NCBI GenBank assembly: GCA_951406725.2
Contig: OX597829.1
Location: forward strand, 31,682,001-31,746,000
Length of the DNA stretch: 64,000 nucleotides
DNA from: Octopus vulgaris
Taxonomy: Eukaryota
Reading direction: 5' to 3'
In this document: one piece after another, positions 12,228 through 24,516 of the stretch
How the letters are laid out: each line of letters begins with the position of its first letter
How positions within the stretch are numbered: position 1 is the first letter of the stretch
The notes under the pieces: model-generated
What the model saw: the letters and a program-made list of their open reading frames with translations, nothing else
Databases searched by the model: none
What the model was told of the DNA's origin: nothing
Position numbers and translations under genes: made by a program

Positions 12228-14577
12228 ATGAATATGTATATGTATGCACATATGTATATGTATGCACATATGTACATATGTAAGTATACATATACAGATG
12301 CATGTATGTGAGTGTGTGTGTGTGTGTGTATGTCCTTGTGTCAGCTTATCATGACACAGTACAGTATAGCTGTAAAAAATCAGAGTCATACCAGTGGTGT
12401 CCTTCATTTCCAATCTTGCAAGAAAAACATGTCAACCCTGAGGACATTAACCTTGCTTGGAAGTGAGAGACAATTGGTGATAGAGGTGTCCAGCATAGAA
12501 AATTTGCCTCAACAAATTTCATTCTGACCCATGCAAGAACAAAAAAAAAATAGATATTACATCAATTATGATGATGATGAAGTGGTGGTGGTGGTGGCGG
12601 TGGTGGTGGCGGTGGCGGTGACGATGACAATGAGGATGAGGATGATCCTGGTGTTGATAATGATGATGGTGATGGTGGTAGCATAGCAATGGTGATAATA
12701 TGATAACGATGATGCAAATTATTGAGGCAAACAATTTAGAAACTAAACCCACCTCATCTTCCTCTCCATCAAGTTGACGTAAAGTAGGAATAGATCTTTC
12801 ATTTTCTCTCTTAAACTGTTCACTCAGAGAGATCACCAATAATTATAGCAATAAGCGCTGAAAGCCAAAGCCACCAACTGAAACAATGGAAATATGTGAT
12901 ATGCCATTGGTTCCATGCATTATCCATACATGAAATTCACTGCATAAATTACTCAGTCACCTCAATTCTAAATAGGTGCCATGAGTAAGTACAGTTCACA
13001 CCATACAATCAACTGGAACAGTAAGTAATTTCTTATATTGGTATAAGAACACAAATACATTGGTGAGAGTTTTCCAGGTTTTCTGAAACTCTAAGACCAT
13101 TTTGCCAGTGTATTTGATTAGTGTAAAGAGAAAGAGTCGTGAGTTCAGTCTCTGACCTCTCTCTATGCTTAGTCTTCAAAGTACCTAAGAGGTCTCTCTG
13201 ATTTCTGGTTGATGCCTGTGCTGCAGTCTGTCAGGGTCCCCTTTGTCACCTACTTTCAGTCTGTGAAAATTGATGACAAAGCGAACTCTTTGAACTTAGA
13301 ATACAAATAGCTAGATCAGATACCACAAGGTAACTCATCCAACGTTCTAACAGATCAACCAATCCAGTGACCCAAGCTGGTGCTTTATTTATTGACATTG
13401 GTAGGATTTCAATTCAAAACACAGAAAACTAGCACACAAAAAAAATAACACCATAAAACATTCAATGTGTCATTTTAAATGCCTCTGACAATTTGCTTCC
13501 TAATGAGTTGGCTATGACAACTGACTCACCACCTATTTTATTGATCCAAGGAAGCAAGAAAGACAAATTATGTTCCAGCATGGCCAAACCTCAAAACTCA
13601 GAATGATAGAATCAAATGCTGCTAGATATTTAATTTGGTATTGACCATATCTATTGCTTGACCACTGCTACACTTGAAATCTAGTAAGAATTTTGATAGC
13701 ATATAATGGCTGAGTTCAGTCCAAATCCTGAGTGTCACATTGATAATAAACATCAAGCTGACTTAAATGAGGTACTCTACACAAGGTACCATGGGAAAAC
13801 TATCTGTCTGACTAATTTCTGTAATTAAATCAAGTGACGCATGTAGAGGAGTGCTGTCAAAACTATGAGAATAAAAGAACAAGCATTATATTATTTTCAT
13901 TTTTCTATTAATCTATATAATACGCAGGTTGAATAAATATACTTTGAAGCTTCAATAATTAACAGACTGAGATCTAACGTATTCAGGATAAAAGAGTTGA
14001 AGGCTACTCCCAAATATTTGATTTACGAGAACACTGAAGAAGAGCTACAAAAAAATTTGTAAAAAAACAACAAAGTCATCATTGAAGTTATCATCATCAT
14101 CGTTGTCCCCTACATCACCATCATCTTTGCTAACAACATCATGCAAAAATATAAAATAATTAAATCTATGAAAGCTGCAATTAAATGAAGCAAAATTTCA
14201 TTGACACTGCTTCTGTCAAATCAACCCAAATTAAAACGACACTAGATCTTCTTTTCAACAAAAAAGTAGCTCCACTTTCTGATATAATTCTATCTGAAAA
14301 GTCAAGTACCCAAAGGCTGTAAGATATATCCAAAATACTTCTTAACTAACAACATGAACAGCTTCAAAATAGGTCAGTCTGGCATTACCAAACAAAGCAG
14401 AGCAACTAGAGTAAAAAATATTCACAGACAAACAAAATTTCTAAAGGTGACCACTGTCCCAAATTTTAGTGGAGATGATGAAAGTAAAATCAAACAAACA
14501 AATTTAAACAAAATATATATAGAAAAGCAATGCAAACAAAAATAATAAAATTGAATGTAACAATGTTGCTGACTTAC

Positions 14578-14668
14578 TCTGGTTGCGGCCGTTGATCCCA
14601 CAAACTATCAAATTCAGATCCTTCAGGGATTTCATCTGCACTCCAAATATCCTTTGACTGTTTTGTAT
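14578..14668 (-). CDS. DNAAF6: DNAAF6 coding exon 3 ((D)TKQSKDIWSADEIPEGSEFDSLWDQRPQP(E))
   Basis: Acceptor gttttttttttcaaAG; 91 nt, phase 1 to 2; donor GTAAGT; IWxxxE(V/I)PEGxExDxxWDxRxxPEY is the hallmark PIH1D3 motif. Confidence 0.93.
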
Positions 14669-14735
14669 CTTTGAAAAAAAAAACAGTTAAACAAAAAGAC
14701 AACACAGTTTATTATTAACGTATTATTAACCTCAA

Positions 14736-15092
14736 TCTATATATATAAAGCTGAAGTTGTCTGTGTATGGCAGGTTTGGTAGCCTTCAACTAACACTATC
14801 TCCCCTGAGACTCTGCGGTGCAAGTTGACCAAAATTGAGAGTATGATAGAAGGCTTGCTCTTCCTTCCGTAGAAGATAAAATTCAAATTGGACCATGTTA
14901 ACACCAAAAATTGTTTACATCAAAAAGGTGCCTTTTTTTACAATATTTTTACTGCTGTGTCGCCATTTTTCAGTGTATTTCAACCAGAAAAATGTTCACT
15001 TAAGGAGAATAACAAGCTACATAATGCAAAATTTTACTTTTCAATTCTAAAGGGTCGAAACAAACCCGAGCAACGCCAGGCGATACTGCTAG
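14736..15092 (+). mobile_element. Non-autonomous Helitron
   Basis: A|TCTATATATATAAAG 5' end; 3' hairpin cccgagcaacgccagg then CTAG|T; copies at 33282-33916(-) and partial 31691-31810(-). Confidence 0.85.
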
Positions 15093-15950
15093 TTTATATT
15101 ATTTTTACATTAGCTGGCAGCATATATCATCATCATCATTTAATGTCTATGTTCCTTGCAGGCTTGGGGATATCAGTTCAACAGTTTTTGATGGATCCAA
15201 GGACTACACCAAACTCTAATGTCTTCTTTAGCTTGGTCTCTACAGCTGGATGCCTTTTCCAATGCTAACCACTTTACATCATGTACTGAATGCTTTTCCA
15301 AGCCACCAATACTAGTGAGATCACCATGCAGCTGGCATATATTACCACAAGAGAAGGTGGCTTTATGCTAGAAGATGAAGGGGAAAGGATGAGAGGAAAG
15401 GCCTGAGCAGAACAGATTTCTTGCTGTAGAAGACAGACGTGGTTGCTTGCATTTTAAAAGAAAGGGTGGAGGATATCAGGGTGGAACTAAGAAGAGATAA
15501 AAATAGTGATGATAAGATATCTAGGTGGGCCCTCAAGGTACAAAATGAGTGGAAGTGAATGGGGTCAAAAGAACCAGGTGTGTGGATGGGTAGAAACTTC
15601 AAGGTTGTATGGGAGATGGAATGTATATAATAATCATCCTTGTTTAACATCCGCTTTCCATTCTGGCATGTAAGGAAGCTTGTTGTAATGAGATAGTCCA
15701 TGTTATAGTGTGGAAGACATGATTTGTCACCAATTTTAACACCACAACCTGGTCCTTGTGTGTTTTTGATGCAAATATTCACACCAAGCCTCCAGTCTAA
15801 AAGGATGACTCCCCTCCTAACCAATTCCCAGTCTCAAAGGAAATGAAAGCAAGGTCAGTGGGCAAACAGTCTTCTTTTGGCAAATATATGAAATAATAAA
15901 AAGAAAAAGAAAAGAAAAAGAAAATAATAATGTTCATAAAGAATTTTAAC

Positions 15951-16026
15951 CTTTTTCAGCAGTGCCATCTTTGGAATTCTTTTCTGGGCCAACGTGACCA
16001 GGGCCATATGAATGACCACCACATAC
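15951..16026 (-). CDS. DNAAF6: DNAAF6 coding exon 2 (VCGGHSYGPGHVGPEKNSKDGTAEK)
   Basis: Acceptor atcttaattctAG; 76 nt, phase 0 to 1; donor AAG|gttaaa; PGxxGP motif typical of PIH1D3; frame joins exons 1 and 3. Confidence 0.82.
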
Positions 16027-16112
16027 CTAGAATTAAGATAGAATCACAATGTCAGTAAGGGTTCCTCCTGAGATTTAACTTTCAGAAGTAAACACACACA
16101 CACACACATATA

Positions 16113-16940
16113 TATAAAGATAGATAGGGCGGTCTATGGGATTATCCTGGATTTCATGTCCATAAAGCGCTTAGCTTTACAGACCCCCAAAACCTGTTGG
16201 CACATGGCCTCTGTAGTAAGTGGCCTTTCTAGAAAACAGAAGAGGAAAAGACTTCATTATTCTACAACAACACGAGAATGTCTCCATTTGGCTGTTACTA
16301 CTGATTGATTCTGTTATTGTGTGGGTCCCAGGATGCCAGGTTAAGGGAGTCCTTTAATATCCTCACCTGTTTGGTTATGCACAGTTTACAATGCTTGATC
16401 CTGTTTACGTAAGGACCTGGATTTTCTAAGATTCTCCATGATATTACATGTGGAATTCCTTTGTCTTTTAGCTGCCATACATGGCTGGCTAATGATGAAG
16501 CATATCTCCTTTCCGGTATCTTGAAAGAGGATCTGTGGCTGGAGAGATGTTGCTTGAATATGTTAACAGAGCATCCAATGTATCTCAGGACATGGATGGT
16601 GGCAATGTTGTCTCTTCTGGTATTGATGCTACTGCTACTGCTGTTGTTGGTACTGGTGTTGTTGATGTTGTTATTGGCATCTTTAAAGGTGGTGATGGTG
16701 TTGGTGCTGTTACTACTGGCATAGTAACAGAGCCGATTATGAATAACAGCCAAAGGGAGACAATCCCCTGTTGTTGACATTAATGTAGTCTTTTCCTCCT
16801 CCATTTTCTAGAGAGACCACTTGCAACAGAGGCCATGTGCCAACAGGTTTTGGGGGGTCTAAGGATACACTGTAAAGCTAATTGCTTTGTTGATGTGAAA
16901 CTCAGGGTTATCCCATAGATCGCCCTTGTCCATCTTTATA
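16113..16940 (-). mobile_element. Penelope-like element remnant: GIY-YIG endonuclease fragment between ~145-bp inverted repeats
   Basis: ORF 16298-16804 contains YIGCSVNIFKQHLSSHRSSFK...SSLASHVWQLKDKG...WRIL...PY...CKLC, typical of PLE GIY-YIG; inverted repeats 16113-16258 and ~16779-16940. Confidence 0.8.
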
Positions 16941-16995
16941 CTATACTGATCTATAACTTAGAATGTGCTTCTTTTGGGGATTTATGATTTATCAA

Positions 16996-17039
<44 letters not shown>

Positions 17040-17172
17040 AAAATTGAACACATACACAAGGTGTGAATGTTGTTAGTTTGTGGGTTGGCTGCATTTTTAG
17101 GCATAAGAAAATATATTCTCAATGCATCAGGTGTTAAAACACTTGGATGTAGGTCAAATATATATTTATATG

Positions 17173-17229
<57 letters not shown>

Positions 17230-17339
17230 TGAATAATATTTTGTCTAATGACTAATCCGTCTTTTGTGCTGAGCCACTGGTAGTAATCTATATTACTACC
17301 CTTTTTGTTTATATTCGTATATATATATATATATATATA

Positions 17340-17757
17340 TAGCCAGTACCGCATCGACTGGCCTCCGTGCTGAGGGCACGTAACTAACACCATCCGAGCG
17401 TGGCCGTTCGCCAGCCTCGTCTGGCACCTGTGTCGGTGACACATAAGAAAACACCATCCGAGCGTGGCCGTCTGCCAGCCTCGTCTGGCACCTGTGTCGG
17501 TGGCACATAAAAAACACCATCCGAGCGTGGCCGTCTGCCAGCCTCGTCTGGCACCTGTGTCGGTGGCACATAAAATCACCCACTACACTCTCGGAGTGGT
17601 TGGCGTTAGGAAGGGCATCCAGCTGTAGAAACACTGCCAGATCTGACTGGCCTGGTGCAGCCTTCGGGCTTGCCAGACCCCAGTTGAACCGTCCAACCCA
17701 TGCTAGCATGGAAAGCGGACGTTAAACGATGATGATGATGATGATGATGATGATGAT
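17340..17757 (+). mobile_element. RTE-tailed SINE (family C) with ~60-bp internal tandem units
   Basis: Units caccatccgagcgtggccgtctgccagcctcgtctggcacctgtgtcggtggcacata; tail cggacgttaaac(gat)n. Other copies: 18221-18750(-), 20640-20930(+), 43870-44415(-), 44500-44850(+), 45384-46070(-), 49772-50250(-), 63851-64000(+). Confidence 0.8.
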
Positions 17758-18220
17758 ATAAGTACAGTTGTAACTAAAGTGACAGAGGATGGTAGTTAAC
17801 ACCAGCATTGCTAGAGATGAGAGCCAAAACAATTCTTTGCCACATGAGAGCACTTTGCTAACAGCTGACAAGGAAGACAGTCTTTTTAGCCAAATGAATC
17901 AACCGCAGTAATTATTTTTTAAGCTTGGTACTTATTCTATCGGTCTCTATTGCTGAAAACGCTAAGTTACAGGGACGTAAACACACCAATATTGACTTCA
18001 AGCAGTGATGGGGGAACAAACACAGACACAAAGACACACACACACATATAGATATATATATATATACATATATATATATACAATGGGCTTCTTTCAGTTT
18101 CTGTCTACCAAGTCCACTCACAAGGTTTTGATCAGCCCGAGGTTGTAATAGAAGACACTTGCCCAAGGTGCCATACAGCCACTCTTGCACCTATATATAC
18201 ATATATAATATAATATATAT

Positions 18221-18750
18221 CATCATCATCATCATCGTTTAACGTCCGCTTTCCATGCTAGCATGGGTTGGACGGTTCAACTGGGGTCTGGCAAGCCCGA
18301 AGGCTGCACCAGGCCAGTCAGATCTGGCAGTGTTTCTACAGCTGGATGCCCTTCCTAACGCCAACCACTCCGAGAGTGTAGTGGGTGATTTTATGTGCCA
18401 CCGACACAGGTGCCAGACGAGGCTGGCAGACGGTCACGCTCGAATGGTGTTTTTTATGTGCCACCGACACAGGTGCCAGACGAGGCTGGCAGACGGCCAC
18501 GCTCGGATGGTGTTTTTTTATGTGCCACCGACACAGGTGCCAGACGAGGCTGGCGAACGGCTACGATCGGATGGTGTTTGTTATGTGCCCACAGCACGGG
18601 GCCAGTCGATGCGGTACTGGCTACGGTCCCGTTCGGATGGTTTTCTTATGTGCCACCGGCACTGGTACCACAAGGATACAAATTCCATTGATGTTCATCT
18701 ATTTGATTTGATTCGATTTGACTTGACTTTCACTTGCCTCAACAGGTCTT
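18221..18750 (-). mobile_element. Family C SINE, near-identical inverted copy of 17340-17757
   Basis: ORFs 17296-17709(-) and 18255-18773(+) share an identical first ~87 aa translation. Confidence 0.85.
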
Positions 18751-19139
18751 CATATATATATATATATATATAATATATATATATATATATTACAAAAAAG
18801 AAAATGGAGAAACACATTAGTTGGTTTATCAGCTTTAGGATATTAGAATGTTGACTTATTTATTTATCAAAACGACAACCATAATAACATACATATATAC
18901 AGTATAAAATTCAATACATTTAAGATAAGAATACAAATAGTTATTAAAAAAAACTTAATATAAATTCTTAGAATCATTAAAATCACTTACAGCTGTTTCA
19001 GCCTATGGAAAAAAGTAATATATATATACCATATATATCATATATATATATCATAGCTATGGGTAGTCTAAACTTAATTATTATATTCTGATAACTTTCA
19101 TTACCTAAGTGACATACTCAGCAGTAGAGTTGTGCGCTC

Positions 19140-20930
19140 TGAAAGTATAGTATCCAGATGGGATGGAGAAAGGTCATAGAATTATTAAGTCTGCAGGCAA
19201 TGAAAGTCTTCTTCCTCAAGATGAAGAGCAGATTGTATGATGCTTATGTCCAAACTGCAATTTACAGTAAACTGACTACATTTACAGCATACTGGTCACT
19301 AGAAAAATGATTATGTCAGTGCTATGTTCTCAGTGATCACACATGCACACACATATACACAAGCAAAAAAGTATTAAAAATGCAGGTGGATACTTTATAA
19401 GCACTCTGTCAGGAGACAAATTGGCTAACTAAATTCTCCACTGAAAGCCATTGTAACCTACACCAGCTGTAAAATTTACTTTCTGTTCTCATGTACAACA
19501 AAGAACAAATGTATTGTGATAAAAGTTGGGCATAAGAGGAATTAAACGTAGCATGCAAGAGAGAAAACTACGTTGGTTTGGACATGTAATGCATATGAAT
19601 AAAGACATCTGCACAAAGAAGTGCTGATCACTGAAAGTGGATGGTACCCATGGAAGAAGGAGATTCAGGAAGACATGGGATGAAGTGGTAAGGACAGATC
19701 TCAGGAAGTTGGGCCTCATGGAGGAAATGACAATGGACTGAGATGTCTGGCAATATGAAGTTCTTGAGAAGACCTGCCCGCATCAGCAAAACTGAGTTCT
19801 AGAGATGCTGTGTGTTCCAACCACACTTAACAGGAAAACTTCTCACAAACTCTACCACAACAAACCAAACTACATCTCTACATCTCTTCCCTTCTTCACA
19901 TTTCTGCTTTGTGTAATATGTTTACTCCCACTCCCCAATCCTGTCCTCTTGGCCTGTATCATTGCTCTCCGCTTGTCCTTGACCTGTGTGTTCCACCCAC
20001 ACATAAGAAGAAAAAGATTCCCTCACCTTACCCCAACAAACCAATCTACAGCTCTACACCTCCTCTCTTTCTCATAGCTCCTCCTTCATACACTATGCCT
20101 AGCTCTCACTCCCAAATCCTGTCCTCACACCTTTGTTCCTCTGTATCATTGCTATCTGGTAGCCCCATCAACTCTATATATACCCAGGTCTTTCACCACT
20201 TACTCATAATCTTTAATCACACTCCCTTCGCAATATCCTACCACTTATATTATGGCATTTGAACCTCAAGGGTATGCCCTGACACTTGCCACCATCTATA
20301 TCTCTCTCTTCTTTTACTCAACCATCCCATTTATATTCTGATCTCCATTCCTTGTGTGTATGCCAAGCATTTTGGCACCTTCTCTATCCTACTGTCTCCC
20401 ACTCTCTCTCCTTCTCCTGCACTTCCCTCAGGTTGGGTAACCATGTATTTTCTTTGCTGTAGCACACCTCTTTCTGTCTTCATTCCTGATCTTTCTCTCT
20501 CCAGCCAGGTAGCCTTGTACTTCTTCTACACATGTACTTCTTCTACACATGTATCTGTCTCACTATAACTTTTGCATCATCACCTCCTCCAATGCCTCCT
20601 CCCCTCTTAAAAAGTTTTTTTTTAATGTTTTGCAAGTACTTTATGACCCTGTCAGTGCAGGTGCCCCTTAAAAGCACCCAGTCCACACTGTAAAGTGGTT
20701 GGCATTTGTAAGGGCATCCAGCTGTAAAAACCGTGGCAAAATTGACTCTGCCTATGCTTGTGCCATGTAAAAAGCACTAAGTCCACTCTGGTTGGTTTCA
20801 TGAAGGGCATCCAGCTGTGAAAATCTTGCCAAAACAGAAGTCTGGTGCAGGCTTCAGCCAGACTGACTCTAGTGGAACCACCCCACCCATGCTAGCATGG
20901 AAGGTAGACATTAAACGATGATAATGATGT
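19140..20930 (+). mobile_element. Decayed RTE-clade LINE 3' region (RT C-terminus + long 3'UTR)
   Basis: KLRWFGHVMHM...GRRRFRKTWDEVVRTDLRKLGL (19560-19720); ends in gacattaaac(gat)n, the tail shared with family C SINEs. Confidence 0.7.
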
Positions 20931-21531
20931 CTGTCCTGTTACTGCATAGCAGAATTTTGAAATGTCAACCTATTTGAAACATGTGTAAGGGATTAAAGAA
21001 TGTATAATTCTCCATTTTTTGTGTTTTCCTTTATTCATTTATTTATCAATGTATGTATGTAAGTATAAAAACTATATATATGTATAGATGCACACATATA
21101 CACATATCCATGTGTAAATGTGTATGTATGTGTATATAAACACACAGACACACACATATACATATGGATATAGATATATAGATACAAACACACACACACA
21201 CACACATATATATACTATGTATTTGTGTGTGTGTTTGTCCCTCGACCATCGCTTGACAACTGATGTTGGTATGTTTACATACCCATAACTTAGTGGTTCA
21301 ACAAAAGAGACCAATAGAATAAATACTAGGGTTACAAAGAACAAGTAAGTCCAGGGGTTGATTTGTTCGACTAAAGGTGGTGCTCCAGCATGGCCACAAT
21401 CAAATGACTGAAACAAGTAAAAGAATATATATATATAATCCAAACATGAACAAAGAGAAAACACAACAACGTGAGGACGTGGAACGAGTATAGTGTTATT
21501 GGATGCTCAGGAAAGGAAAGAAAGAAGGAGG

Positions 21532-21566
21532 ATTTAACGTTTCAAGCAGAGCTCTTCATCAGAAAC
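21532..21566 (-). ncRNA. Minimal hammerhead-like motif in a PLE-type fragment
   Basis: Minus strand GUUU-CUGAUGA-AGAGC-UCU-GCUU-GAAACGUUA-AAU; AACGUU palindrome in place of stem III. Confidence 0.45.
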
Positions 21567-21643
21567 ATAGAAAAGGGAAAGGTCCAAGGAAGGGAAGATG
21601 GAGAAAGAAAATCGCCAATGATACACACGCTGTCATATATATA

Positions 21644-22882
21644 CAGGGTGCATAAGGTATTTTGAGGACATACCTTTTTTGGGTCATTGCTGCATTTTTT
21701 ACAAACTCTGCATAATCTTTGTTTCAGAAAATCATGTTGGCAGATCCTCAGCTTACTCAAGAAATGAAGAGGTGTGCTGTTAGTGTGGTCATAAAGGCTG
21801 AGCATAGCAATTTAGAAATATCTCAATTTTTAAAAGTTGCCAAATCTTTCATCTACAAAGTTTGTAAGGAGCTAGAGACTGAAGATGGAAACGTATCACC
21901 AGTATCAAAGTACAAAAAGCATTCCAAATGCTCTGAAATCATCATAACACCTGAATTTACCCAGAAAATTCAACAGACCATTGATTACAATCCCAGAAAG
22001 TTCATGAGGTCAATTGCAAAAGATCTCCATGTGTCTGAAGGAACAGTCAGAAATGCTGTCCACGAAGACATCAGATGTAAGTCTTGTATGATGAGGAAAG
22101 GTCAATTTGTCAGAAAAAGCAAAAGGAAATCACTACACCAGATCTAAAAGGCTCTTAAAGAAACTGAAAAATCCAGCAGAAGAAAATTTGATTTGGTCTT
22201 TCTCAAACGAGAAAAACTTCGACCAAGATCAAAAAGTTAACAGAAGAAATGATATATGTTTATATGCAGACCCTTCTGAAGTTCCAAGTGTTATGCTTAC
22301 AAAATTTCCTGCAACTGTCATAGCTTTAGGGGTTGTCAGCAATGAAAGACATGTGATGCCTCCTTACTTCTTTCCACAAGGTCTTAAAGTTAATTCTGCA
22401 GCCCACACTGGAAACAATTGTTAAGCTCTGGATAGACAGAGTTTGCAATGGAAGGCCATATGTGTTTCAGTAAAACCCTGCACTATCACATATGGCTCTA
22501 GTAACACAGGAATGGATGGCTGAAAATTTTCATGATCACATAACCCCCAACATTTGACCTCCTAATTCCCCAGATCTCAATCCATTGGACTATTAATGTG
22601 CAGTGTTGTTGAAAGAGGGGCCAATGAACATGCTCATAACACCAAAGATTCTTTGAAAGCTGCCATAGTCAGAGTAATGCCCCAAATGATCCAGGACCAC
22701 TTGATTCAAGCATGTAGATGACTTAGATCTCATACAGAAGCAGTTGTTAAAGCTGAAGGTGGTTTTATTGAATTACATTATAGAAAAGAAGGTTTCTTGT
22801 TATCCTCGTAGAATTTTTTGATAAATAAAGTTATTTGTTTTTTATAAACATAAATATGTCCTCAAATATCATATGCACTCTG
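21644..22882 (+). mobile_element. Full-length but disrupted maT (DD37D-type) transposon
   Basis: TA|cagggtgcat...atgcactctg|TA termini; ORFs 21719-22147 and 22107-22424 (HTH; FSNEKNFDQDQKVNRRND; GVVSNE.HVMPPYFF), PNSPDLNPLDY downstream. Confidence 0.88.
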
Positions 22883-22906
22883 TATATATACATACATAAA
22901 TACATT

Positions 22907-22938
<32 letters not shown>

Positions 22939-22939
22939 T

Positions 22940-23625
22940 ATCATCATCATCATCATCATCGTCGTTTAACGTCCGTTTTCCGCGCTAGCACGGGTTGGAC
23001 GGTTTCGACCGGGGTCTGGGGAGCTAGGGACTGCCCCAGGCTCCAGTCTAGTCTGGCAGTGTTTCTACAGCTGGATGCCCTTCCTAACGCCAACCACTCC
23101 GCGAGTGTAGTGGGTGTTTTTTACGTGCCACCTGCACAGGTGCCAGAGGGGTCTGGCATCGGCCACGTCCGGATGGTGCTTTTTATGTGGGGGGGGGTGC
23201 AGAAATATAGGGGAGCACCAGTGGGGAGGGGTGGTTCAGAGAAATGATGACAGGTTCTAGGCAAGTAGAACGTAGGATATCAAGAGAGGGGTAATGCATG
23301 GTGAAATAGCGTATTGAAGAGGGGGGTTCGAAGAGTAGACACCTATAATGGTGGTGGGAGAAGCGACATCCGGTATAGATGGAGCAAAAATATAGAGATA
23401 TCCGGTATTGGTGGTGGGGGTGGGCAAGGGCGGGTGCACCGGGAATATGACGGGCTGGCTTAAAAATGCTCTTAGCAAAGGAAGAGGGGGGATGGCAGAC
23501 AGCGTAAAAGAGGGAGACAGAGAGAGAAAGAAGGGAAATAGCGGAACCCCGCGGAAATGGGCCGCCATTGAAAAAAACCCCTGTATGGAGAAATGATATG
23601 CAATACGAGGCGAAGCTGAAAATAG

Positions 23626-23657
<32 letters not shown>

Positions 23658-23981
23658 ATAAGCAAATTTTCGACCGAGGATCAAAGGGACAACACTAATA
23701 GTAATAATAATAAATAAATAATAACAGCTCAACCACAACATTAGATTAGAAAGACTCTCTTATCTTGGGAACATTTCGTTCTTCGGCCTGACACGGGAAT
23801 ATGACGGGCTGGCTTAAAAATGCTCTTAGCAAAGGAAGAGGGGGGGATGACAGACAGCGTAAAAGAGGGAGACAGAGAGAGAAAGAAGGGAAATAGCGGA
23901 ACCCCCGCGGAAATGGGCCGCCATTGAAAAAAAACCCTGTATGGAGAAATAATATGCAATACGAGGCAAAGCTGAAAATAG

Positions 23982-24013
<32 letters not shown>

Positions 24014-24100
24014 ATAAGCAAATTTTCGACCGAGGATCAAAGGGACAACACTAATAGTAATAATAATAAATAAATAATAACAGCTCAACCACAACATTAG

Positions 24101-24104
<4 letters not shown>
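22940..24104 (-). mobile_element. Second composite retroposon copy: (~354-bp module)x~1.9 + linker + 156-bp module x1 + family C SINE end
   Basis: Same SINE/156-module junction as at ~11920; units start at 23441 and 23795; flanked by (TA)n. Confidence 0.75.
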
Positions 24105-24135
<31 letters not shown>

Positions 24136-24281
24136 ACAAACAATTTATATATGTACACACATATATACATATATGTTTGTATGTGTCTATGCATGTGCAT
24201 GTACATACATACATGTATATATGCTTGTGTGTATGTGCAAGTGTATACATGACAATTACTGATAATTAAATGAGTACTTAC

Positions 24282-24365
24282 AGTATCTGAGTCACTATCG
24301 CTGTCTTCACCAGGTTGCCTCAGCAGATTAGCCAGTGCTCTAATATCATACTGTTGGAAAGCCAT
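24282..24365 (-). CDS. DNAAF6: DNAAF6/PIH1D3 homologue, coding exon 1 (MAFQQYDIRALANLLRQPGEDSDSDSDT)
   Basis: ATG at 24365-24363; 84 nt, phase 0; donor GTAAGT at 24281-24276; upstream acceptor tttctctctataaaAG at 24391-24390 implies a 24-nt 5'UTR part and an upstream non-coding exon. 'ALxxLL + acidic tract' fits the PIH1D3 N-terminus as recalled. Confidence 0.88.
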
Positions 24366-24462
24366 CTCAGGATTGCCAAATTCCTTGAACTTTTATAGAG
24401 AGAAACCAATAAATTAATAAGAGGAAGGAAGAGAGGGGGGGAGGGAAGGAGGGGGGGAGAAA

Positions 24463-24516
<54 letters not shown>

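Noticed and set aside
12519-12839. His-rich ORF (also 7593-7985, 36664-36873)
   Set aside because: Derived from (CAT/CAC)n trinucleotide repeats.
24102-24281. Continuation of ORF 24102-24365 past the first 28 codons
   Set aside because: Reads through a GTAAGT donor into microsatellite intron; only 24282-24365 is exonic.
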